Assembly (NCBI GenBank): GCA_011772965.1
Contig: WVYN01000021.1
Coordinates: forward strand, 23,243-87,242
DNA: 64,000 nt
Source of the DNA: Gammaproteobacteria bacterium
Lineage (GTDB): Bacteria > Pseudomonadota > Gammaproteobacteria > Eutrophobiales > Eutrophobiaceae
Direction of reading: 5' to 3'
Positions 43,657 to 58,223 of the stretch are shown piece after piece. Every line of letters starts with the position of its first letter. Position 1 is the stretch's first letter. The position numbers and the translations under genes were made by a program. Under the pieces are notes generated by a model. It did not search any database. It was given only the letters and a program-made list of their open reading frames with translations, and was not told the DNA's origin.

Positions 43657-44628
43657 GTGAGTAAACCAAAAGTAGTGATTACACGGCGTTGGCCTGAAGC
43701 TGCGGAAGCCAGGGCAAAGGAATTGTTCGATGTGGTACTCAATGAAGACGACCACCCGATGTCCATTGCCGAGTTACAGGAAGCCCTGGAAACAGCGGAC
43801 GCGGTTTGTCCTACCGTGTCAGATCAAATCACGGCTGAAGTACTCGGTGCCGAACCAATGAAATGTAAAATACTTGGTAACTATGGTGTTGGTTTCAACC
43901 ATATCGATCTGGATGCTGCAAAATCCAGGAACCTGGTGGTGACCAATACTCCGGAAGTGCTCACGGATTGTACGGCTGACATTGCCATGATATTGATGCT
44001 ATCGGTGGCGCGTCGTATCGGTGAGGGTGAACGTCATGTTCGTAACAAGGAATGGACCGGCTGGCGTCCAACCCACATGATGGGGACCAAGGTCACGGGC
44101 AAAACTCTGGGACTGATTGGAATGGGCCGGATTGCCAGGGCAATGGCCCACAAGGCCCATCATGGATTTGGTATGAAGATCATCTTTACCGATCCCTATC
44201 CGCCCCCGGATGAAATTGTCCAGGATCTGAATGCCGAATCCAGGGACAGTATTGAGGATGTTTTGAAAGATGCTGATTTCGTTTCCCTGCATTGCCCGGG
44301 CGGCGAGGAAACCTATCACCTGTTAAACGAAGAACGCATCAAAATGATGAAACCCGGTGCTTTTCTTATTAACAGTGCAAGGGGAGACGTCATTGATCCA
44401 CAAGCCCTGATCACCGCATTGAAGAACGGCTCGATAGCTGGAGCAGGTCTGGATGTTTACGAGGGGGAACCCAATGTTCAGGAAGAATTTCTGAGCATGG
44501 AAAATGTCGTACTCCTTCCCCACCTTGGCAGCGCCACCATCGAGACCCGCGTTGCCATGGGGATGCGTGCACTCGATAATGTAAAAGCCTTTTTTGACGG
44601 TAAAGAACCAGGTGATCGTGTTGCATGA
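43657..44628 (+). CDS. D-glycerate dehydrogenase / hydroxypyruvate (glyoxylate) reductase
   Basis: D-2-hydroxyacid dehydrogenase motifs GMGRIA, INSARG, GLDVYEGEP, LPHLGSAT; Asp after the second beta strand (FTDPY) suggests NAD(H). Confidence 0.82.
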   Translation: MSKPKVVITRRWPEAAEARAKELFDVVLNEDDHPMSIAELQEALETADAVCPTVSDQITAEVLGAEPMKCKILGNYGVGFNHIDLDAAKSRNLVVTNTPEVLTDCTADIAMILMLSVARRIGEGERHVRNKEWTGWRPTHMMGTKVTGKTLGLIGMGRIARAMAHKAHHGFGMKIIFTDPYPPPDEIVQDLNAESRDSIEDVLKDADFVSLHCPGGEETYHLLNEERIKMMKPGAFLINSARGDVIDPQALITALKNGSIAGAGLDVYEGEPNVQEEFLSMENVVLLPHLGSATIETRVAMGMRALDNVKAFFDGKEPGDRVA

Positions 44629-47405
44629 TAACCAAAGCAGACGAACATAAAGTGCCGGGGACATTATCTGGGGAAGCCCCAGGGGCACTGATATCCGAGG
44701 TTGATTCTGCCGCTGCTGATTATGCAGCGGAAATAGTGGCATTACTTCATGAACAACTGTGTTCTGTGATTGAGGAACGCAGTCCCCGGATACTGGATGT
44801 ATTTACAGGCAAGGCAGATATCCCTGACAGCAGGGAGGATATGCTCAACCTGCTTCAGGCCTGGGGTATCTGGTTCCAGTTACTGAATGTCGCCGAGGAA
44901 AATACCGGCATGCGCCGTCGCCGCCATCTCGAGAAGATCGGGGGTGTCGGCGCAGTGCAGGGTACGTTCGCCAACCTTTTGAGCCAGGCCAGGGCTTCCG
45001 GCATCGATGCAAACGCAGTTCAGTCCCTTATCGATAACGCTTTTATCAGTCCTACCATAACCGCACATCCCACTGAAGCAAAGCGGGTTACTGTTCTGGA
45101 AATTCACAGACGGATTTATGTTTTGTTATATCGTCTTGAAGCCGAACGCTGGACACCACGTGAAAGAGAAAACTTCATTTCCGCTCTCAGGAACGAAGTC
45201 GATTTGCTCTGGCTCACGGGTGAACTGCGACTGGAAAAACCTTCAGTAGCCCAGGAAGTTGCCTGGGGTCTGCATTTCTTTGAACAATCTCTGTATGAGC
45301 GTATTCCTGAATTAATGGATCGTTTCGAATGGGCCTTGGCAAAATACTATCCGGAAAAGTATTTTGACCTGACCCCCTTTTTCCAGTTTGGTTCATGGAT
45401 AGGCGGTGACCGGGACGGTAATCCGTTTGTAACCAATGAGGTTACCCGCCATACCCTGCATACAAACCGCGCGGTAGTGTTAAAACATTATCAGAAAAAA
45501 CTGATGGAAGTTATCAAACGACTTAGTATTTCAAAGAACGCAGTCAAGTTGCCGGAAGTATTCAATGAATCCCTGAATAATCTGCTTGAAGAAACGAATC
45601 AATCGGGTGATGTGTCTCAGCGAAATCCCGGTGAGGTATTTAGGCAGTACATGACCTGCATGTTAATTAAAATTAATGGCACAATTCAAAAAACCACACC
45701 GGATAGTACCAATGATAATGTTGCAAGTTACAAGGATGCCGACGAATTCATTAATGACCTGATGTTTCTTGAGAGTGCTCTGAAAGATGCTGGTTGCTTC
45801 CAGCATGCCAGGGCGTTGATCACACCGTTCAGGCGACAGGTACAGGCATTTCGTTTCAGAACGGTAAGACTTGACCTCAGGGAGAATACCAAAATCACCA
45901 ACAATACCTTGATCGGTATCTGGAAAGAACTGAATGATGGTGATGATGTACCGGAACTTGATTCGGATGAATGGAAAAATTGGCTAACAGATGAACTGGC
46001 ACGTCCTTTGAAGGGATTGCCTGAATTCAAGACACTCGATGAGTCGGCTGAATCCACCTTTGGTTTGTTCAAGATGGTGGCTGAGGTTATGGATCAGATG
46101 GATCGGGAGGCCTTTGGCAATTTTATCCTGAGTATGACCCAGTCCGTAGCAGATGTGCTGGGTATTTATTTGCTTGCAAAATACGCCGGCCTGTTCGTTG
46201 ATTCCGAAGGCACAGAATATAGCCGGTTACCGATTGTCCCGCTGTTTGAAACCATTGGCGACTTGCAGGAAGCACCTGAGATGATGACAGAATTCCTCAA
46301 TACGCCAGTTATCAGGCGTTCTGTCAAGAGTCAGCGTGGTTACCACGAAGTCATGATTGGTTATTCGGACTCCAACAAGGACGGCGGTTTTCTGACATCA
46401 AACTGGGAATTGAACAAGGCCCAGACCAGCCTGACACGGGTTGGCAAGGAATGTGGTATTCCTATTGTTTTTTTCCATGGACGAGGCGGATCTGTCAGCC
46501 GCGGTGGAGCACCAACCGGCTACGCCATTGCGGCACAACCGGCCGGCTCCATTCATGGCCAGATGAGAATCACCGAGCAAGGCGAAGTGGTGTCAACCAA
46601 GTATGCCAATGAAGGCACGGCAGGATATCAAATGGAACTACTGACCTCGAGCATCTTTGAACACACTCTGAAATCATTAAGTGAAGATCAATTAAAACCG
46701 TACCCGGAATTTGAAGAAGCCATGGAGGCCCTGTCTTCACTTTCATACGCACATTACCGACAGTTCGCTGAGAAAGAAGGCCTGGTTGATTTTTACAATG
46801 ATGCCAGTCCGGTTGAGGAACTTGCCAAGATGAACATTGGGTCAAGACCGGCCCGCCGTTTTGGTGCCAAAACATTGAGCGATCTCCGGGCAATTCCCTG
46901 GGTATTTGCCTGGACCCAGAACCGGATGCTGGTTCCGGGCTGGTATGGCCTGGGAACGGCACTGGAAAGTTTTATAAAGGTACGTGGCGAAGAGGGGAAA
47001 AAACTCATCCACAAAATGTACGAAAACTCACGAGTGTTCCGGTTGGTCATTGATGAAGTTGAAAAAACCCTGTCACTGGTTGACCTGGATGTTGCGCGCA
47101 GATATCTGGAACTGGTTAAAGATGAAGCCATCAAGAATGAAATTTTCTCGATGATAGAAGATGAATATCAGCGCACAGTCAAAACGGTTCTAGCAATTAC
47201 CCATGAGACAGAGCTTGCCGTCCGCTTCAAGCGTTTCAAACGGAAACTGGGCAGACGATACGAGATTCTGCATCAGGCTGGTATGGAGCAGGTCGATCTG
47301 GTCAGCAGTTTGCGAGAGAGTGCGGACCAGAATAAGCTGGAGGATCTGATTCCATTGCTGCTTTCGATTAACTGTATCAGCGCTGGTCTGGGCTGGACAG
47401 GCTAA
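44625..47405 (+). CDS. ppc: Phosphoenolpyruvate carboxylase
   Basis: TAHPTE, SWIGGDRDGNP, EVMIGYSDSNKDGG, FHGRGGSVSRGG, LRAIPWVFAWTQ, C-terminal GLGWTG. Confidence 0.96.
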   Translation: MITKADEHKVPGTLSGEAPGALISEVDSAAADYAAEIVALLHEQLCSVIEERSPRILDVFTGKADIPDSREDMLNLLQAWGIWFQLLNVAEENTGMRRRRHLEKIGGVGAVQGTFANLLSQARASGIDANAVQSLIDNAFISPTITAHPTEAKRVTVLEIHRRIYVLLYRLEAERWTPRERENFISALRNEVDLLWLTGELRLEKPSVAQEVAWGLHFFEQSLYERIPELMDRFEWALAKYYPEKYFDLTPFFQFGSWIGGDRDGNPFVTNEVTRHTLHTNRAVVLKHYQKKLMEVIKRLSISKNAVKLPEVFNESLNNLLEETNQSGDVSQRNPGEVFRQYMTCMLIKINGTIQKTTPDSTNDNVASYKDADEFINDLMFLESALKDAGCFQHARALITPFRRQVQAFRFRTVRLDLRENTKITNNTLIGIWKELNDGDDVPELDSDEWKNWLTDELARPLKGLPEFKTLDESAESTFGLFKMVAEVMDQMDREAFGNFILSMTQSVADVLGIYLLAKYAGLFVDSEGTEYSRLPIVPLFETIGDLQEAPEMMTEFLNTPVIRRSVKSQRGYHEVMIGYSDSNKDGGFLTSNWELNKAQTSLTRVGKECGIPIVFFHGRGGSVSRGGAPTGYAIAAQPAGSIHGQMRITEQGEVVSTKYANEGTAGYQMELLTSSIFEHTLKSLSEDQLKPYPEFEEAMEALSSLSYAHYRQFAEKEGLVDFYNDASPVEELAKMNIGSRPARRFGAKTLSDLRAIPWVFAWTQNRMLVPGWYGLGTALESFIKVRGEEGKKLIHKMYENSRVFRLVIDEVEKTLSLVDLDVARRYLELVKDEAIKNEIFSMIEDEYQRTVKTVLAITHETELAVRFKRFKRKLGRRYEILHQAGMEQVDLVSSLRESADQNKLEDLIPLLLSINCISAGLGWTG

Positions 47406-47442
47406 ATCCCTCCCCGGCGTCACTGCAGCAGTAAAAATTGCA

Positions 47443-47602
47443 TGCACCATAATGCTGCATTGCGCCATTATTGGTGTTGTCCTATCACGTCATTTTTTGC
47501 CCCTTTTCAGACTATTTTTGCAAGCAATTGTTAGAGAAATTTACTAACTTATTGAATATTCTAGATATTGGTTTTCAAGCATAAGTTGGCATTGCATTTG
47601 CA
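47443..47602 (+). promoter_or_regulatory. Sigma54 promoter with NtrC-like upstream activator site and IHF-like site
   Basis: TGGCATT-gcat-TTGCA (GG-N10-GC, 47587-47602); TGCACCA-taa-TGCTGCA (47443-47459); AT-rich spacer with an IHF-like ATTCAA-taag-TTA on the minus strand (~47545-47557). Confidence 0.6.
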
Positions 47603-47699
47603 ATCTTTTTAACAGGCGAGTTCCAATTGTGTCTGCTGAGGCACAGGCCACACAGACACAGGGTGCCACCCAAATACCTCAAACAAAGAGGGGTTGGAA

Positions 47700-48851
47700 A
47701 TGAAGCAAGTGAAGTGGCAAACTGCAGTCATGCACGATGGGAAGTTGATACTCTCACTCTTCGGAACGTTATTCCTCTCTTTGTGTATTCTTCTCTTTTC
47801 ACCAGCTTTGAATGCCCAGGATACCCGTCGCGTTACCAGTGGCATGCCTGGTGAGTTATACGATATTGGTACTCACAGGATGCATTTATTCTGCACTGGC
47901 CAAGGCAGTCCGACGGTTGTTATTGATTCCGGTTTGGGCGGTTTTTCACTGGAATGGCAAACTGTTCAGGGAAATGTGTCCAAGAAAGTCCGTATATGCA
48001 GTTACGACCGGGCAGGATATGGCTGGAGTGATCCGGGCCCCAAGCCACGGACTACCCAGCAAATCACCAAGGAACTGCACCACTTGCTTGAAGTTGCAGG
48101 CATAGAGGGACCATACATAATGGTCGGGCATTCCTTCGGCGGTTATAACATTCGCTACTATGCAAGCACCTACCCTGAAGACGTGGTTGGATTGGTTCTG
48201 GTCGATTCCTCCCATCCGGATCAGTTCCAGCGTTTACCCCAGGCCGAGGTGAAAGTGCCGACCAGACGCAAGAACAGTGTTACCTTCCGGATTTCCGTGC
48301 CGATTATCCCGGGCAATTATCCGGAAAACCTGAAAAACCAGGCCTTTGCCTTGATGGCCAACTTCAAGGCCCTGCGAACAAAAGACGAAGAATGGGATAA
48401 TTTCAGGATAAGTGCAGCGCAGGTTTCTGAATTGAATAACCTGCCAGATGTCCCGTTAACGGTCATTAGTCGCGGCAAACGGGTCTGGCCATACAATGAT
48501 TTCGGTAACAAATCAGAACAGGTCTGGAAAGAATTACAGAACGATTTATGTCATCTGACAAGCCATGTTGAACATTACGTGGCCCACGACAGTGGTCATC
48601 TGGTTCATCTTGATCAACCGAACCTGGTGACAATGGCGATCAATCGGACTGTTGACACAGCCAACGAGATCAAGGCTGTGCGCATGGCCGCTATCGAGCA
48701 AAGACAACAGCCTTTGTCCAGCAAGAATTTCATGGCGATCAATGCCAGTTACGATCATCAAGGCACTTTCAGTAAACAATATCTGCCATATTTGCCGCTA
48801 ATGGGTGAGCAGGTCGGGTATTACAAACCACTGCATATCAATAGCTTCTGA
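47700..48851 (+). CDS. Exported alpha/beta-fold hydrolase
   Basis: Signal-like LFLSLCILLFSPALNA, YDRAGYGWS, nucleophile GHSFGG, SGHLVHLDQP. Alternative start at 47730. Confidence 0.85.
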   Translation: MKQVKWQTAVMHDGKLILSLFGTLFLSLCILLFSPALNAQDTRRVTSGMPGELYDIGTHRMHLFCTGQGSPTVVIDSGLGGFSLEWQTVQGNVSKKVRICSYDRAGYGWSDPGPKPRTTQQITKELHHLLEVAGIEGPYIMVGHSFGGYNIRYYASTYPEDVVGLVLVDSSHPDQFQRLPQAEVKVPTRRKNSVTFRISVPIIPGNYPENLKNQAFALMANFKALRTKDEEWDNFRISAAQVSELNNLPDVPLTVISRGKRVWPYNDFGNKSEQVWKELQNDLCHLTSHVEHYVAHDSGHLVHLDQPNLVTMAINRTVDTANEIKAVRMAAIEQRQQPLSSKNFMAINASYDHQGTFSKQYLPYLPLMGEQVGYYKPLHINSF

Positions 48852-48950
48852 GCTATCTTGGTTTTAGTTTCTATGCTGTCGTAAATTTCAGGCACTGAAC
48901 CTGTCAGTCGGTTTGTGGTCTGATTACATGTTCAACTCGGGACACTTGCC

Positions 48951-49718
48951 TTGAAAACACGTTTGATATCATCAATCATCAGCCTGATATTGGTATTCCA
49001 GACTGCGGCAATTACGGCCGAGACTTTCCAATCAACCAAGCAACGCGTCAACGTGCTTGAACTCTATACTTCGGAAGGATGCAGCAGTTGCCCTCCTGCC
49101 GACAGATGGCTGAGCCGATTCAAGAACGATGACAGGCTCTGGAAAGAGATCATACCGGTTGCCTTTCATGTCGATTACTGGAATTACATTGGCTGGGAAG
49201 ATCGCTTTTCATCTGCTGCCTACAGCAACAGGCAACGCCGTTATGCCAGCAGCAAGGGACTGCGAACGGTCTATACCCCCGGTTTTCTGCTGAATGGTAA
49301 TGAATGGCGTTCATTTTTCGGGCCCAGAAAGCTGTCTCTGGATAACGGTGCGGGTGCGGGTGTGCTAACTGCTGAAGTCAATGATCAAAATATTCATGTC
49401 TCCTACCAGCATAGGCAGGCTCATGACTACATCATCAATATTGCCGTCCTGGGATTTGATCTGGCAACAGAGATCAACGCCGGTGAAAACCGGGGTAGAA
49501 CACTGACCCATGATTTCACAGTGCTGGGTTTTTCTACACAGCGAATGACAATAACTGACACTGGCCATGAGACCAGTACGGTATTACCCAGCCGGTCTGT
49601 CCCGGCACCACGTATGGCTGTTGCCGTCTGGATCAGTCTGCCGGGTGACCAGACGCCGTTACAGGCAACGGGAGGCTGGCTTGAGGGAAACACGGACATA
49701 AAAAAAGCCCGATATTGA
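48951..49718 (+). CDS. DUF1223-family thioredoxin-like exported protein
   Basis: Signal peptide, ELYTSEGCSSCPPAD, FHVDYWNYIGWEDRF, GENRGRTLTHD. Confidence 0.85.
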   Translation: MKTRLISSIISLILVFQTAAITAETFQSTKQRVNVLELYTSEGCSSCPPADRWLSRFKNDDRLWKEIIPVAFHVDYWNYIGWEDRFSSAAYSNRQRRYASSKGLRTVYTPGFLLNGNEWRSFFGPRKLSLDNGAGAGVLTAEVNDQNIHVSYQHRQAHDYIINIAVLGFDLATEINAGENRGRTLTHDFTVLGFSTQRMTITDTGHETSTVLPSRSVPAPRMAVAVWISLPGDQTPLQATGGWLEGNTDIKKARY

Positions 49719-50083
49719 CTGGGGGTATAGTGTAAGGAAATTCAGTTCCGATTTTACACTGCACTGCAACAAAGACCGCTTCCCCCTGGGTAGCTGTTTT
49801 TTATGAGTGGAGAAAAATTCCTCGCCTCGCGGCCAAATTTCAACCATATGGGTGAGTAAAAATTGGCCATAACATCAGTGCATCATTGTTTTAGAGGGTG
49901 AAAAGAGTAGAATTTTTAAGGAAGAAAATGACAAGGATATTTTCTTTGAAACACCATCCCAAAAAGACTCTCTTTACCCACTTATTGCCAAATTATGGCG
50001 TCCTTGGGATCTCACTATATAAGAAAATTAACAGAACCTTCATAGGTTCCCTTAACACCTAGTTACATGGCCCAAACAGTCTT

Positions 50084-50803
50084 ATGAACAAGAGCACAGA
50101 AAATACTGAAGAAATCAGAAAATATTTCGATCAATTGAATCTTTATAAAAAAATCGTTGACCATAATTACATGGCACATCGCGAGATATACGCAGAAATG
50201 AAAAAATTTCTACATAATTCAAGTGCAAGAAACTTCACTTTATGTGATGCTGGTTGCGGTGATGCATCATCCATCTCTAAGATTCTCCATGGTTCAAGGA
50301 TCAGTAAATATATTGGAATCGATTTGTCCCCTTTTGCTCTTGAAAAAGCCAATGAAAACATTTCATCATTGAATTGTGATGCTGAATTTCTCGAAGGTGA
50401 TATTATCAATTATCTCGCTCAACTGAAAAAACAATCAATCGATATCTTTGTGGCTGGTTTTTCAGTCCATCATTTTCAAGACCAGGAAAAACGTTTTTTC
50501 TTTGAGCAATGTCATCGAATTTTAACAAGTACAGGTTATTTGTTATTTTGCGATGTGTTCCGTCGAAGCAGTGAATCACGCGATGATTACTTGCATCATT
50601 ATTTTACTAACAGCGATGCATATTGGACAGCATTACCCGAACCTGAAATCAAAGCTTTGAAAAAACATGTTACTTCTTATGATTTTCCAACCAACATCGA
50701 AGAGATTACAGAAATAGCATCAAATGCAGGATTTCGTAAAAACCCCATTCTGCTATTCTCAGATTCCCCTGGTTTTCATAGGCTGTACGTGTTCTCAGCA
50801 TAG
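50084..50803 (+). CDS. Class I SAM-dependent methyltransferase
   Basis: DAGCGDA motif I, YIGIDLS, FSVHH; markedly AT-rich coding sequence. Confidence 0.8.
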   Translation: MNKSTENTEEIRKYFDQLNLYKKIVDHNYMAHREIYAEMKKFLHNSSARNFTLCDAGCGDASSISKILHGSRISKYIGIDLSPFALEKANENISSLNCDAEFLEGDIINYLAQLKKQSIDIFVAGFSVHHFQDQEKRFFFEQCHRILTSTGYLLFCDVFRRSSESRDDYLHHYFTNSDAYWTALPEPEIKALKKHVTSYDFPTNIEEITEIASNAGFRKNPILLFSDSPGFHRLYVFSA

Positions 50804-50893
50804 AACATTCTCCTAATCACAAATCAGATTAAAATAGTGAAATTGCGGGCCATATACCCCCGTATTGACCAGGCTTTTTCAGGCATTTCGGGA

Positions 50894-52567
50894 TCAAAAA
50901 AGTCCGGAAATATTGCCATTGGCGTCAACATCTATCTTTTCTGCTGCCGGAACCTTGGGCAAGCCAGGCATGGTCATCATGTTACCCGCGATGACAACAA
51001 TAAAGCCGGCCCCATTTGCAAGACGTACTTCACTGATTTCGACGGTATGGCCGGTCGGCGCGCCCCGGGTTGCCGGATTTGTTGTGAATGACATCTGCGT
51101 TTTGGCCATACACACGGGGAGATCACCATAGTCCATGTTCAAGGTCTCAAGTTCTGCCTTAACCTTGGGCGGGGCGGTGACTTCACCGGCACCGTAAACC
51201 TTGCTGGCAATGGCTTCAATTTTTTCCCAGAGTGACATTTTGTCTTCGTAAACATATTTGTGTTTGCCGGGTTTGTTATCGACGATATCAACAACTGTTT
51301 TCGCCAGTTCCTCGGCACCGGCACCACCGTCAGCCCAGTGCTTGGAAACGACACATTTGCCTCCGGCAGTTTCAACTTTTGACTTAAGCACCTCAACCTC
51401 GGCATCGGTGTCATGCAGGAAGTGATTAATACAGACAACACAGGGCAGGCCATAATGTTCCTGGATGTTACTCATATGTTTTTCGAGGTTCACCATGCCT
51501 TTTTTCAGGGCATCGAGATTTTCCGAATTCAGATCTTCCTTGTTGACACCACCGTGGTATTTCAGCGCCCGGATAGTTGCCACCAGGACGACGGCATTAG
51601 GCTTCAGCCCGGCCTTGCGACATTTGATGTCAATGAATTTTTCTGCGCCCAGATCAGCACCAAAGCCAGCTTCAGTGATGACATAGTCGGCTAGTTTCAG
51701 GGCAGTCTGGGTGGCTGTGACGCTGTTACAACCATGGGCAATATTGGCAAATGGTCCACCATGAATGAAGGCCAGATTATTTTCCAGGGTCTGGACCAGG
51801 TTGGGCTTGATCGCATCTTTCAACAGCGCTGACATGGCGCCATGGGCATTGATGTCCCTGGCGTGCACCGGTTTCCTGTCTCCGCGCGTATAGCCAATGA
51901 CAATATTACCCAGTCGTTCTTTCAGATCAGACAAAGAAGTAGCCAGGCAAAAGATGGCCATCACCTCAGAGGCCACCGTGATATCAAAGCCGTCTTCGCG
52001 GGGGAAACCGTTGGCGGTTCCACCCAGGGCAATCACGATCTTTCTCAGCGCCCGGTCATTCATATCCACTACCCGTTTCCAGGCGATCAGGCGTGGGTCA
52101 ATGTTCAGGGCATTACCGTGATTGATATGATTATCTACCATGGCTGACAGCAAGTTATGGGCCGCACCAATGGCATGAAAATCGCCGGTAAAATGCAGAT
52201 TGATGTCTTCCATAGGCACAACTTGCGCATAACCGCCGCCCGCAGCACCCCCCTTGACACCGAAACAGGGACCTAATGAGGGTTCACGCAGGCATATTAA
52301 TGTCTTTTTACCGAGACGGTTCATGGCATCGCCCAGACCCACAGTGGTTGTGGTTTTGCCTTCACCTGCCGGTGTCGGGCTGATGGCGGTGGTCAGAATA
52401 AGTTTGCCATCCGGTTTGCCCTTGAGACTGTCGATATAATCCAGAGACAATTTGGCCTTGAAGTGGCCGTAGGGTTCCAGGTGTTCGCTTGAAATACCGT
52501 ATTGTTCCTTGGCGAGTTTTATGATGTATTTTTTGTCCGCTTTCTGGGCAATCTCGATGTCAGACAT
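50894..52567 (-). CDS. fhs: Formate--tetrahydrofolate ligase
   Basis: [69 protein letters not shown]. Confidence 0.97.
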   Translation of the reverse strand: MSDIEIAQKADKKYIIKLAKEQYGISSEHLEPYGHFKAKLSLDYIDSLKGKPDGKLILTTAISPTPAGEGKTTTTVGLGDAMNRLGKKTLICLREPSLGPCFGVKGGAAGGGYAQVVPMEDINLHFTGDFHAIGAAHNLLSAMVDNHINHGNALNIDPRLIAWKRVVDMNDRALRKIVIALGGTANGFPREDGFDITVASEVMAIFCLATSLSDLKERLGNIVIGYTRGDRKPVHARDINAHGAMSALLKDAIKPNLVQTLENNLAFIHGGPFANIAHGCNSVTATQTALKLADYVITEAGFGADLGAEKFIDIKCRKAGLKPNAVVLVATIRALKYHGGVNKEDLNSENLDALKKGMVNLEKHMSNIQEHYGLPCVVCINHFLHDTDAEVEVLKSKVETAGGKCVVSKHWADGGAGAEELAKTVVDIVDNKPGKHKYVYEDKMSLWEKIEAIASKVYGAGEVTAPPKVKAELETLNMDYGDLPVCMAKTQMSFTTNPATRGAPTGHTVEISEVRLANGAGFIVVIAGNMMTMPGLPKVPAAEKIDVDANGNISGLF

Positions 52568-52751
52568 GCCGGTGTCTCCTCAATTAGGTTTCAATAAATT
52601 TGTATGTCATTATTGTGAAGGAATGATTGTCCTGGCGCTGCTTTATAATTATTTTTTATGATCGAACCTGAGTTGGCCCGAAAACATAGTTTAACTTGTC
52701 GGGCTATGATAGTTCCACTCTACCGGTCTTATCATTTCCAAACAGGGTTTT

Positions 52752-53261
52752 ATGATATCAAAATCCCGCTATATCCGTGGGCTTCTGGAGCATCATTACC
52801 AGCAACTTGCCGGTACCCGCGGTGCCGTGCTGCTGGCAGTTCTAGGCCTCCTCAGCGGGATCACGGTAGCAGTCGTCGTTGTCACATTCCGGCTCTGTAT
52901 CGAGACACTGCAGTCCGGGTCTCCGCCCTTTTCAGATCCTGAAAATTACGAGGGCCTCGGCGTCACCGGCCAATTTTTGCTGGCTGCCGGCGGCGGCCTG
53001 TTACTGGGAGTATTGTTTTTTCTGCTTACGCGAAAGGATCGCTGTCGAGTCGGTGTGGTGCATGTACTGGAGCGCCTGTCCTACAACGAAGGTAATTTGC
53101 CTCTGAAGAATGCCCTGGTGCAATACCTGGTTGGTGTGATTGCGATTGTCACTGGACAATCGGTCGGGCGGGTAGGACCCAGTATTCATCTGGGCGCGGC
53201 AACCGGAAGTATCCTGGGCCAGCAGATGGGATTGCCGAATAACAGCATCCGGACAAGGTAA
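52752..53261 (+). pseudogene. Truncated ClC-family chloride channel/antiporter (N-terminal fragment)
   Basis: GLLSG, VGVVHV and GQSVGRVGPSIHLGAATGS (ClC GREGP motif with E->V). Stops at 169 aa, 8 nt before a convergent gene. Confidence 0.7.
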
Positions 53262-53269
53262 GGCTAGGA

Positions 53270-54142
53270 TTAGTCCGGTTCGGTCAATGGCGGCAAACTT
53301 GGCCTGTGCAAGGTAATTGATCCGGCAATGATGACCAGACTTGCACCTATCAGGGTATAGATATCGAGGATCTCGCGCCAGAATATCCAGCCATACATTG
53401 CGGCAAATACCACCGACATGTAAGTGAAGGGTCCGATCTGGGCCGCTGGCGCCTGGCTGTAGCTGTAAGTCAGCAAAAGTTGTCCGAAACAGGCACATAA
53501 TCCACCCAGGGCCATCACCATCAGCGCCGTAAGCGGCGGGGTTTGCCACGCCCAGATCAGGGGCAGGGCGGAGACGAGTGTACTGACAGTTGTAAAATAA
53601 AAGACAATGCGTATGGTTGGCTCGGTCCGGGAAAGGTCCCTAATGGTGACCATGGCCAGAGCTGCGAGGAAGGCCGATAACAATCCCACAAAAGCAGCCG
53701 GATTCGGTGCACTACCCTGCGGGGTGAGAATAAAACAGATACCAATAAAGCCCAGGAAGATGGCGAAGACCAGTTTCCCGGAGGGCCTTTCCCCGAGCCA
53801 GACCAGCGCAATCAACGCAATGAAAAAGGGTGATGAATAATTCAGCAAGACGGCTTCAGCCAGATCCAGGTGGGCAATTGCATAGAAGAAACAGTACATG
53901 GCGCTCAGACCGGAAAGAGAGCGAAGCAAGTGCGACCTCAGACGACGGGTTTTCATGTGAGCTATGCCTTTGCTCAAGATCCAGGGCATCAGAAACAGCA
54001 AGCCGAAAATATTTCTGAGAAACACATTCATCTCATTTGGCAGGTATATGGATGCATAACGAACCCCGGCGCTCATGGAGGCGAACATGAGAGAAGCCAG
54101 GATGGCGCAATAGGCAGCACGAATCAGATGCTGTGATTGCAT
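53270..54142 (-). CDS. DMT/EamA-family permease
   Basis: VFLRN, LNYSSPFF...WLGE, GQLLLT, GPFTY; about 10 TM segments. Confidence 0.85.
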   Translation of the reverse strand: MQSQHLIRAAYCAILASLMFASMSAGVRYASIYLPNEMNVFLRNIFGLLFLMPWILSKGIAHMKTRRLRSHLLRSLSGLSAMYCFFYAIAHLDLAEAVLLNYSSPFFIALIALVWLGERPSGKLVFAIFLGFIGICFILTPQGSAPNPAAFVGLLSAFLAALAMVTIRDLSRTEPTIRIVFYFTTVSTLVSALPLIWAWQTPPLTALMVMALGGLCACFGQLLLTYSYSQAPAAQIGPFTYMSVVFAAMYGWIFWREILDIYTLIGASLVIIAGSITLHRPSLPPLTEPD

Positions 54143-54356
54143 GGGTTAATCCGGAATTAAAAGATAAATATGAACTTGTCGGGTACGTACCGGAACATGA
54201 CTAGGAGCATGATTTTCCAGCCGCACGTATGATGACAGGAAATCGAGGTATCGTCATCCCGGGAATTCCCGGTTTTTGCGGGCTTACTGGCCTAGTGAAT
54301 CCGGGCAAATTCTGATAGCATCATTTTTCTGATATGAAGTCGCCCTTAGCTCTTGA

Positions 54357-56886
<2,530 letters not shown>

Positions 56887-56907
56887 TCCGAGACAAAATT
56901 ACAATAA

Positions 56908-58206
<1,299 letters not shown>

Positions 58207-58223
58207 CTGGGTGATTAGCGGTT

